Shown one piece after another: positions 7,949-15,050 of a stretch of 15,519 nt of DNA (position 1 is its first letter; the number at the start of each line of letters is the position of its first letter). The stretch comes from an uncultured archaeon (GTDB taxonomy: Archaea; Iainarchaeota; Iainarchaeia; Iainarchaeales; CSSED10-239), in assembly GCA_964591795.1 (NCBI GenBank), contig CAZQEL010000020.1, positions 1 through 15,519 on the forward strand, read 5' to 3'. Under the pieces are notes generated by a model. It was not told where the DNA came from, ran no database searches, and saw only the letters and a list, made by a program, of their open reading frames with translations. Position numbers and translations under genes: made by a program.

Positions 7949-8610
7949 ATAACCCCTGTGAGTAGTAAATAACCACCAAGAGAAAGAATTACTAATATTA
8001 CCCAAATAAATGGATTCCATAAAAAGATTGCCTTTCCATCTAATGGGCCTATTGGTATTAAATTAAAAAATGCAATCCATAAATTAATTAATACACCTAA
8101 TGTAAGAGTAGTTAGTATTATAATATTTTGATAATTACCAAGTATTAGTATTGTATAAAATAAGCCTGCTAAGATTATATTTGTAACCGGTCCTGCTACA
8201 GATACAATTCCATTTTCTTTTCTTGAAAGACTTTTTCCAAAAACATAAACTGCTCCAGGTGCTACAAATACAAATCCAAGTATGAATGCAAAAATTATTG
8301 CAAGAATTAATGGAGTATTCCATTTTATGAACTGCGCTTTTGCTCCAAAATATATTGCTGAATATTTGTGAGCTAGTTCGTGTAAAATAAATGCGGTTCC
8401 AGTTACAATTAAACTTACAATTATAAATGTAATTAAATTAGTTAGTGAAAAATCACTTAGATTTTTTAAATTGAATAAATTATATCCCCCAAGAACTAAT
8501 GCAAAACATACTGATATTCCAAGCCATGCTATAACTATATCTTTTACTTCATTTTTTCTTTTTGGTTGTGTGTGTGTGTTAATATTTTGATAATTTATTT
8601 CGTCACTCAT
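7945..8610 (-). CDS. Site-2 protease family (peptidase M50) integral membrane metalloprotease
   Basis: The ORF is 221 aa and multi-pass hydrophobic. It has the HExxH motif (HELAHK) and the distal NLIPIGPLDG motif typical of M50/S2P. Its 3' end overlaps the cdc48 stop by 4 nt. Confidence 0.85.
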   Translation of the reverse strand: MSDEINYQNINTHTQPKRKNEVKDIVIAWLGISVCFALVLGGYNLFNLKNLSDFSLTNLITFIIVSLIVTGTAFILHELAHKYSAIYFGAKAQFIKWNTPLILAIIFAFILGFVFVAPGAVYVFGKSLSRKENGIVSVAGPVTNIILAGLFYTILILGNYQNIIILTTLTLGVLINLWIAFFNLIPIGPLDGKAIFLWNPFIWVILVILSLGGYLLLTGVI

Positions 8611-8625
8611 AATTAATCACTTTAT

Positions 8626-9369
8626 CTAAACATTTAATGAAGGGAACAATTTTAAAAAGTTGTTAGTTGTTATTTTTTTAAGTTCATCTAAATCTAAATT
8701 ATATTGTTTGCAAAATTCATTATATGATAATTTAATGTCATTTGGTATGATTGTTTCACCTCTAAAAGGTACTGGAAAATCAGTTTCAATAAATAGCTGA
8801 TCTAAATGTTCTTTTGGATTTTGTATTATTGGACTTGCAAATCTTTGGGTTAAATAATAACCTCTATCTAGTGCTGTTGCAATTTCTTTTTCATTTCCTA
8901 CAAACCAATGAAGTATTATTTTAAGATCTTTCCATGCTGTAAGTATTTCTAAAGTTGGTTTTGTTGCATATCTTGTGTGTATTACAACTGGTTTGTTAAT
9001 TTTTTTAGCAATACTTAGTTGTTTTTCAAAAAGTTTTTTTTGTTCTTCTCTTTTCACCTTGTCTTTTGTAATTTTATTATCAAGCCCAATTTCTCCTATT
9101 GCAATTGCATTTGAAAAATCCATGTTATCTAAATCTTCATAGCATTCTTTTAATGTTTTTTCAAGTATTTGATCAGGGTAAAGTCCATAGGCAAAATACA
9201 TATTTTTAAATTTATTTTCTTTAATTTTTTCAAGTCTTTTGTAACTGTTAAAATCAACTGAAGTACTAACAGATATTATATCTTCATTAATATTTTTGAT
9301 TTGGTCTAAAGATAGCTCATCGTAGTGACAATGCATATCAAGATAATACTTATATTCTTTTAGATTCAT
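8626..9369 (-). CDS. tatD: TatD-family metal-dependent hydrolase (DNase-like)
   Basis: The ORF is 247 aa. TatD motifs appear in order: DMHCH, GEIGLD, VIHTR, HWF and ETDFP. Confidence 0.85.
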   Translation of the reverse strand: MNLKEYKYYLDMHCHYDELSLDQIKNINEDIISVSTSVDFNSYKRLEKIKENKFKNMYFAYGLYPDQILEKTLKECYEDLDNMDFSNAIAIGEIGLDNKITKDKVKREEQKKLFEKQLSIAKKINKPVVIHTRYATKPTLEILTAWKDLKIILHWFVGNEKEIATALDRGYYLTQRFASPIIQNPKEHLDQLFIETDFPVPFRGETIIPNDIKLSYNEFCKQYNLDLDELKKITTNNFLKLFPSLNV

Positions 9370-9380
9370 ATAGTATATGT

Positions 9381-9980
9381 ATGGTTCAAATTAATTATAA
9401 AGATTATCTTTTAGATGTACCAAAAGATATTTATTATCCATCTGATGATACTTACTTATTATTGGATGTTTTAAAAAAAGAAATAACTTATGAAAATAAA
9501 TCTTTTTTAGAAGTGGGAACTGGTTCTGGATTAATTACTTTAACAATGTATGATTTATTTGATAAATTAACTGTTGTTGATATTGATGAAAAAGTAATTG
9601 AACATATAACCTTGATTTCTAAAAAGTTAGCATTAACAAAAATAACTATTATAAAGTCTGATTTATTTACAAAAATAGATTCTAAAAAATTTGATGTAAT
9701 TGTTTTTAATCCTCCATACGTACCTTCTGAAAAAATAGAAGTGTATTCTACAGATGGTGGTAAAGATGGTTGTGAAATAATTTTTAAATTTATTAAATCT
9801 TTAAAAAATCATTTGAATAAAAAGGGGGTTTGTTATTTTTTAGTAAGTTCTCACAATAACTTATCCAAAGTTTATAACGAAATATTAAAAAACAAGTTAA
9901 GTTATAAGATATTAATAGAGAAGAATATCTTTTTTGAAAAATTAATTATATTAAAAATAAGTGATGATCTATGCCTATAA
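9381..9980 (+). CDS. HemK-related / Mtq2-like class I SAM-dependent methyltransferase; its likely substrate is the release factor glutamine
   Basis: The ORF is 199 aa. It has YYPSDDTYLL, the SAM-binding loop LEVGTGSGL, the catalytic FNPPYVP (NPPY) motif and the GGKDG motif, as in the small archaeal hemK-related family. Confidence 0.8.
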   Translation: MVQINYKDYLLDVPKDIYYPSDDTYLLLDVLKKEITYENKSFLEVGTGSGLITLTMYDLFDKLTVVDIDEKVIEHITLISKKLALTKITIIKSDLFTKIDSKKFDVIVFNPPYVPSEKIEVYSTDGGKDGCEIIFKFIKSLKNHLNKKGVCYFLVSSHNNLSKVYNEILKNKLSYKILIEKNIFFEKLIILKISDDLCL

Positions 9981-11077
9981 ACGCTTCATTTGAATTTGCT
10001 CTTGCTCAAAAGAAATATGATGAAGCTAAAAACGATGAAGAGAAAATAGTTGCTCTTCAAGAAATGATTTCTCGTGCTCCAGCTCATAAGGGTGGAGAAA
10101 ATTTAAGAAAAGATCTTTCTAGAAAATTAGCTTCATTAAAAACTAAAATAGAAAAGCAAGCAGCTGCAAGAAAAAGAACTGGTAACACTATTAATATTAA
10201 AAAAGAAGGTGCTGGTCAAGTTTTATTAATAGGAGATGTAAATTGTGGAAAAAGCACTTTTTTAACTGAATACACTAATTCTAAACCTTTGATTGATAGT
10301 TATCCTTATACAACTACAAAACCAGAAGTTGGTATTTTAGATTATGGTGGTGCTTTAATTCAATTAATTGAATTACCTTCTTTTTTACAAAATCATGAAC
10401 TTACTCCTCAAATTTATTCTATGATTAGAGTTACTGATGCACTTGTTTTAGTAATCAAAGATGGAAATATTGAAGAACTTAATAATTTAATAGCTATTTT
10501 AGATGCACAAGATGTTTTCATAACTAAAAAGAAACCAAACATCCAAATTACAAAAAGTGATTTTCCAGGGGTATCCTTTGTTAATGAACATTATTTAAAA
10601 GTAAATAAGGAAGAAGCAATTGAAATTTTAAAATCATCTGGTTTTAGGGCTCATAATATTATTTTAAATCAGAAAACTACTCTTGATGATTTAATCCTTT
10701 TAATTAATCCAAGAGCATCTTTTATTTCTGCAATTTGTGTATCCATTCCTTTTTCTAAAAAGGTATCTGGTATTAAAATTCATAAAACAATTCCAATATA
10801 TGATGCTACATTAAAAAAAGATGTTACTGAAAAGATTTATGAAATTTTAAATAAAGTTATAGTATATACTAAAAAACCTGGTCAGAAAGTGGATAAGACA
10901 GAACCTTTAGTTTTAGATAAAGGTAATAATGTTTTAGAGGCCGCTAGATTAATTCATAAAAATATTCGTAAAAATTTAAAATCTGCTAAAGTATGGGGTT
11001 CTACAAGATATCCTGGACAAACTGTTTCTAGAAACTATATTCTTAAAAATAAAGATGTTGTTGAATTTAATATGTAA
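9971..11077 (+). CDS. DRG (developmentally regulated GTP-binding protein)-like OBG-family protein with C-terminal TGS domain and divergent G motifs
   Basis: The ORF is 368 aa. It has a P-loop (GDVNCGKST) and a G2-region YPYTTTKP. The insert domain reads ITKKKPNIQITK...GVSF. The C-terminal TGS-like segment reads VYTKKPGQ...PLVL...AKVWGSTRYPGQTVSRNYILKNKDVVEF. It overlaps the preceding gene by 10 nt. Confidence 0.78.
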   Translation: MPINASFEFALAQKKYDEAKNDEEKIVALQEMISRAPAHKGGENLRKDLSRKLASLKTKIEKQAAARKRTGNTINIKKEGAGQVLLIGDVNCGKSTFLTEYTNSKPLIDSYPYTTTKPEVGILDYGGALIQLIELPSFLQNHELTPQIYSMIRVTDALVLVIKDGNIEELNNLIAILDAQDVFITKKKPNIQITKSDFPGVSFVNEHYLKVNKEEAIEILKSSGFRAHNIILNQKTTLDDLILLINPRASFISAICVSIPFSKKVSGIKIHKTIPIYDATLKKDVTEKIYEILNKVIVYTKKPGQKVDKTEPLVLDKGNNVLEAARLIHKNIRKNLKSAKVWGSTRYPGQTVSRNYILKNKDVVEFNM

Positions 11078-11161
11078 CTACTTATGACTATTTAAAATAA
11101 AAAGAAAGATATAAAAATAAAATGGTCTTATAAATAATTAAAATCATAAATATATTTATGT

Positions 11162-12037
11162 ATGGCTCCAAAAAAGAAAGAAAAATTAAGTTTTGAAGAA
11201 GAACTTTATAGATTGTTTCTACCTTTAACTAGAAACATACGTTCTAATGAATTTGACGAAACTTTACAACAAGCAGATTTTACTGAAGATATAGATATTT
11301 ATCTTTCTAAAAATTTCTTTTTTGCTGGTTTTATACTAATAATGACTTTATTAGTTGGATTTATAATGTCTAATTTTGTACCTGATTTAGTTAGTTTACA
11401 ATTAGTAATTATTTTAGCATTATCAGTTTTTATTTGTTTTATTGGTTATACAATGGTAAATCCTTATTTAGTAATAGGTACTAAAAATTCAAGTATTAGA
11501 GATGCTCTTCCATTAGCAATTATTGGTATGTCTAGTGTTGCTGAATCTGGTGCACCACCAATTGCAATTTTTTCCACAAAAACAATAAAGGATAAAAGTC
11601 AATATCTTGATAAAGAATTATCAAAAATACTTTATTATGTAAATCATTTAGGTATTTCTCTTCTTGAAGCAATTGATATTACTGCAAGAAAAACACCTTC
11701 CTATGAATTAAAAAAATTTTTACTTGATTTGAAATCAAATATTGAAGCAGGTGGATCCTTACCTGAGTTTATGAAAAAGAAAGCTGAGCACGCTAGATTT
11801 CAATATAATTTAATTTTAAATAATCAAAATCAAAAGGCAGAAACTTTTGGTGATATTTATTCTGCAATTGTTGTTGCAGGTCCATTATTTTTATTTTCTG
11901 GTATCATGCTTTTAGGTATGGTTGGTGGTGGTATTGCTGGATTAAGTATAGCCACAGTACTTCAAATAGGTGTGTTTTTATTAGTGCCAATTATTAATAT
12001 TGCATTTATTGCAGTATTAAATTTAGTGAGTAGTTGA
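11162..12037 (+). CDS. Type IV pilus/archaellum-type platform membrane protein with a single T2SSF domain (TadB/TadC- or half-FlaJ-like), copy 1
   Basis: The ORF is 291 aa. Two N-terminal TM helices are followed by a cytoplasmic T2SSF-like helical domain (PLAIIGMSSVAESGAPPIAIF...GISLLEAIDITARKTPSYELKKFLLDLKSNIEAGGSLPEFM). C-terminal TM helices follow. Confidence 0.8.
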   Translation: MAPKKKEKLSFEEELYRLFLPLTRNIRSNEFDETLQQADFTEDIDIYLSKNFFFAGFILIMTLLVGFIMSNFVPDLVSLQLVIILALSVFICFIGYTMVNPYLVIGTKNSSIRDALPLAIIGMSSVAESGAPPIAIFSTKTIKDKSQYLDKELSKILYYVNHLGISLLEAIDITARKTPSYELKKFLLDLKSNIEAGGSLPEFMKKKAEHARFQYNLILNNQNQKAETFGDIYSAIVVAGPLFLFSGIMLLGMVGGGIAGLSIATVLQIGVFLLVPIINIAFIAVLNLVSS

Positions 12038-12043
12038 TGTTAA

Positions 12044-12898
12044 ATGAATTTTTTAAAAGAATTTGGAATTAATTTATCTGAAAAACAGAAATTTTTTGTT
12101 GATTATATTATTTATGGGTTAATTGGTTCAATTATTTTTGTAGTTCTTTTAATTAATACAAAATATTTAGTTTTTGCAATTTTTCCAATTTTAGTTGCTG
12201 TTGGTGTTGCTGCAAAAATCTATACTGCAAAAATTAAATCCTATGAAAGAAATTTATATGTGTTTTTAGATGATTTAAGAGATCTTTTACAAGGTGGTAT
12301 GAATATTGTTACTGCAGTAGAAGTAGCTTCAAGACACGATTATGGTCATTTAAATGTTCCAATAAAAAGGATAGCTGCACAAATTAAAATTGGAGTTTCT
12401 TTTGATGTTGCCTTAAATGATGTTTTTGGGCAAATTGATAGTTCGGTATTTAGACAAGTTACTCAAATTATTTCAGAAACTACAAAAGTAGGTGGTAATA
12501 TTATTAAAATATTTACCTCTATTTCAGATTATGTAAAAACAATTAATGATATGGTTGAAGAAAGAAAATCAAAAACATTTTCAACAGTTTTTTCAAGTTA
12601 TTTTATGTTCTTTGTTTTTATTGGAATTATTTTAATAATACAAATTGTTTTCTTACCAATGCTTAGTGCTAACTCTATGTCATTAAGTGGAGATACTGGT
12701 GGAGCTACATCTTCTTCTATGACAAATGTAGATTTTAATAAATATTTTTTATATTTAATTGTTATACAAGGTTTGTTTGCTGGTCCAACAATTGGTTTAA
12801 TTTCTGAAAATAATTTTATTGCAGGAATAAGGCATTCAATTATTCTTGTAGGTATTTCAGTACCTTTATATGTTGCAATATCTGCAATATTTTTGTAG
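12044..12898 (+). CDS. Type IV pilus/archaellum-type platform membrane protein with a single T2SSF domain, copy 2
   Basis: The ORF is 284 aa. Its T2SSF-like core reads FLDDLRDLLQGGMNIVTAVEVASRHDYGHLNVPIKRIAAQIKIGVSFDVALNDVFGQIDSSVFRQVTQIISETTKVGGNIIKIF and is flanked by TM helices. It starts 6 nt after copy 1. Confidence 0.8.
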   Translation: MNFLKEFGINLSEKQKFFVDYIIYGLIGSIIFVVLLINTKYLVFAIFPILVAVGVAAKIYTAKIKSYERNLYVFLDDLRDLLQGGMNIVTAVEVASRHDYGHLNVPIKRIAAQIKIGVSFDVALNDVFGQIDSSVFRQVTQIISETTKVGGNIIKIFTSISDYVKTINDMVEERKSKTFSTVFSSYFMFFVFIGIILIIQIVFLPMLSANSMSLSGDTGGATSSSMTNVDFNKYFLYLIVIQGLFAGPTIGLISENNFIAGIRHSIILVGISVPLYVAISAIFL

Positions 12899-13020
12899 CC
12901 GTAATTAATTTTGATTTTGGTTATTAAAGAAGATAGCTTTATATATGTTATAGTTTATATATTATTATAATTTATAAGTTATATATATTTGTGTGAATAT
13001 ACAGTTAAATAAGAAAAGAT

Positions 13021-13482
13021 ATGATTATTAAAAAAGCATTATCTCCATTAATTGCAACAATTCTTTTAGTTGCGGTTGCTTTGTCACTTGCTGGAATTTT
13101 ATATTCTTGGTCGTCACAAAATTTTAAAGATACAACCACAAGTGTTTCTGACACTTCAGCTGAATGGATTGATTGTAGTAATGTAAATATATATATAGAC
13201 TCAGGTTGTTCTTACAGTACAATTGACGGGTTTGATGGACTTATAATATTTGACAGATCAACAATTACGGTTGATCAAAACATTGTTTTAACTACTATTG
13301 CTAACGATAATACTATTGCAAGTACTGAATTAGAACCAAATTTTATTGGAAATGCAATGTCTTTAGATTCAATAGCAAATGCAGTTCCTACATTTATTGG
13401 TCTTGAAAAACCTTTAAAGAGAGTTCAAGTACATGTAGAAAATTGTCCTGACAGAGTATCTTACATTTCAAAATGTAATTAA
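13021..13482 (+). CDS. Archaeal type IV pilin-like protein (class III signal peptide, Pilin_N-type), paralogue 1
   Basis: The ORF is 153 aa. The N-terminus is MIIKKA|LSPLIATILLVAVALSLAGILYSW: a short basic leader, a small residue, then the SP[LI]IAT hydrophobic helix typical of archaeal pilins. There are four Cys (C52, C63, C142, C152). Confidence 0.8.
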   Translation: MIIKKALSPLIATILLVAVALSLAGILYSWSSQNFKDTTTSVSDTSAEWIDCSNVNIYIDSGCSYSTIDGFDGLIIFDRSTITVDQNIVLTTIANDNTIASTELEPNFIGNAMSLDSIANAVPTFIGLEKPLKRVQVHVENCPDRVSYISKCN

Positions 13483-13521
13483 ACTTAAAACAAAAATAAT
13501 AATAAAAAATATAAAAATATA

Positions 13522-13528
13522 AGGTGAT
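13522..13528 (+). promoter_or_regulatory. Shine-Dalgarno-like ribosome binding site for pilin paralogue 2
   Basis: AGGTGAT lies 5 nt upstream of the ATG at 13534 and is complementary to the conserved 16S 3' end (AUCACCU). It is the strongest SD-like match I see in front of any of the three pilin genes. Confidence 0.5.
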
Positions 13529-13533
13529 ATAAA

Positions 13534-14013
13534 ATGAATATGAAAAAAGCAATTTCTCCATTAATTGCGACAATTTTATTAATTGTTGTTGCGGTTGCAT
13601 TAATTGCAATTGTAATTGCATGGGGCAAATCTTTCACAACAGATAGTCTTTCAGATGCAACTGGTGTTGTAGACACAAGTTGTATGGGTGCAGCAATTCA
13701 AATTTCAGGTTGTACTATTAACGATTCAAATAAAATGATTTTCTACGTACAAAACACAGGTAATATTACTTTACCTACCGGAGATGATATTTTAATTAAT
13801 ATTACAAATGTTTCTGACGGAAATGCAACTTTAAATTTATCAACAGCAACAACTGAAACTACATGGACTGGAATTACAGCTGGACAAACTGCATTATTCA
13901 CACTTGATGATGCTAATTTACCAGGTGCAGTAACTGCTCAATATAACTTAAAATTAATATCAAGTTATTGTCCTTCAGATGCTATTGCAGAATTTAAAAA
14001 ATGTGGTCAATAA
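13534..14013 (+). CDS. Archaeal type IV pilin-like protein, paralogue 2 (candidate major, glycosylated subunit)
   Basis: The ORF is 159 aa. The N-terminus is MNMKKA|ISPLIATILLIVVAVALIAIVIAW. There are four Cys (C50, C60, C146, C157) and six N-x-S/T sequons (N63, N77, N89, N92, N97, N101). It has a strong SD upstream and a terminator hairpin downstream. Confidence 0.82.
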   Translation: MNMKKAISPLIATILLIVVAVALIAIVIAWGKSFTTDSLSDATGVVDTSCMGAAIQISGCTINDSNKMIFYVQNTGNITLPTGDDILINITNVSDGNATLNLSTATTETTWTGITAGQTALFTLDDANLPGAVTAQYNLKLISSYCPSDAIAEFKKCGQ

Positions 14014-14034
14014 ATACAACTTTAAAAATAATGT

Positions 14035-14075
14035 AGAAATCTTTTTTTAATAAAAAGATTTCTTATTTATTTTTT
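14035..14075 (+). terminator. Perfect 12-bp hairpin followed by a T-run, downstream of pilin paralogue 2
   Basis: agaaatcttttt (14035..14046), loop ttaat, then aaaaagatttct (14052..14063), followed by tatttatttttt with six consecutive T at 14070..14075. Confidence 0.55.
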
Positions 14076-14101
14076 AATTATAATTTTTATACTGAAATGA
14101 T

Positions 14102-14545
14102 ATGAGAAAAGCAATAAGCCCAATTATAGCAACTATTCTTTTAATTGTAGTTTCACTAGCACTTATTTCTATAATGTTGTCTTGGGGTTCTGAATTTGTT
14201 TCTAAAAACACAGCCGCAGCAGATAATACTGTTGATGCAGATTGTGTTGGCTCATATGTGAATTTTATTTCTTGTGTTTATGACATTAGTGAAGAAACAG
14301 TTACTGTTAATATTATTAATACAGGAAAAACTGATTTCAAGCAAGATCAAAATTTTAATGTGTCAATAATTGATAAAGATAAACAGGTTGATTTTTCACA
14401 TACTAATGTTTTAGATTCAAATGCTTTGGTAATAGGAGAATCAGATTACTTTGTAATAACAGATTATAATGGACCTAGTCCAATTACTGTGCAATTAAGA
14501 AATATGTATTGCCCATTAAACTACTGGCAAACTAAGTGTTCTTAA
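14102..14545 (+). CDS. Archaeal type IV pilin-like protein, paralogue 3
   Basis: The ORF is 147 aa. The N-terminus is MRKA|ISPIIATILLIVVSLALISIMLSW. There are four Cys (C48, C58, C137, C146) and one N-x-S/T sequon (N86). Confidence 0.8.
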   Translation: MRKAISPIIATILLIVVSLALISIMLSWGSEFVSKNTAAADNTVDADCVGSYVNFISCVYDISEETVTVNIINTGKTDFKQDQNFNVSIIDKDKQVDFSHTNVLDSNALVIGESDYFVITDYNGPSPITVQLRNMYCPLNYWQTKCS

Positions 14546-15048
14546 ATTCGTTCTAATTTTATTTTTGTAACTTTGTTTTCAAGATCTATAATTGCTATTA
14601 TATATTTTGTTTTTATACTACTTGCAAGTCTTTCTGACTTAATAACTTTTGTCATCTCATCTTTATGTGTTCTTTTTACATCTACAACATATTTTGTGTG
14701 TTCATGAACTTTAGAGTTACCTTCATATATTCTAAAATCAAAGCCAAATGTAGCTCCATCTTTTATAATATAGCCATTTTCTTTAAAGTCTTTATATACA
14801 ATATATTTGTCTTTAAAGTTTTTTATATATTTATTTATATAAGCTTCAATTTTATCTTTAGTTAATTGTTTTTTATTTAAAATAATGTTCATTTTATTTT
14901 TTTCAAAAAGATACATACTTTCAAATAAATTAAGTTCAAGATATTCGTCTTTTTTTATTCCGTACCCTTTACTTATTAATCTTGATTTTAAGTTATTTTC
15001 TATAACTTTGCAATTATTATTTTTTAAAATTCCATTCATATTTATCAT
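14542..15048 (-). CDS. endA: tRNA-splicing (intron) endonuclease, short homotetramer-type subunit
   Basis: The ORF is 168 aa. The catalytic-domain pattern is GFDFRIYEG...HEHTKYVVDV, followed by downstream conserved Lys residues, which fits the Tyr/His/Lys triad region of EndA. The N-terminal domain reads LISKGYGIK...LELNLFESMYL. Its 3' end overlaps the stop of pilin 3 by 4 nt. Confidence 0.82.
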   Translation of the reverse strand: MINMNGILKNNNCKVIENNLKSRLISKGYGIKKDEYLELNLFESMYLFEKNKMNIILNKKQLTKDKIEAYINKYIKNFKDKYIVYKDFKENGYIIKDGATFGFDFRIYEGNSKVHEHTKYVVDVKRTHKDEMTKVIKSERLASSIKTKYIIAIIDLENKVTKIKLERI

Positions 15049-15050
15049 TT

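Noticed and set aside
8135-8323. Alternative-frame 62-aa minus-strand ORF inside the M50 protease gene
   Set aside because: It is fully nested in a different frame of a confidently assigned membrane protease gene. Its Cys/Trp-rich odd composition is typical of an off-frame translation.
8567-8578. A (TG)6 dinucleotide repeat within the 5' part of the M50 protease gene (encoding NTHTQ) as a possible slipped-strand phase-variation switch
   Set aside because: Six units is short for a contingency locus. The repeat is in frame as it stands, and nothing else suggests phase variation in a housekeeping protease. It cannot be evaluated without population or read-level data.
12035-12046. The split between the two T2SSF genes, considered as a frameshift, pseudogene or stop-codon readthrough artefact
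   Set aside because: The ORFs are in the same frame, so no frameshift is involved. Two different in-frame stops (TGA then TAA) precede a proper ATG. TGA also terminates gpmI cleanly, so recoding is unlikely. I treated them as two real genes, pending read-level confirmation.
13394-13676. Minus-strand ORFs 13394..13621 and 13485..13676 across the pilin 1 / pilin 2 junction
   Set aside because: Both are antisense to the pilin genes and the AT-rich spacer, and their products are low-complexity (polyQ/L and F/Y/I-rich). The plus-strand pilin ORFs have clear class III signal peptides.
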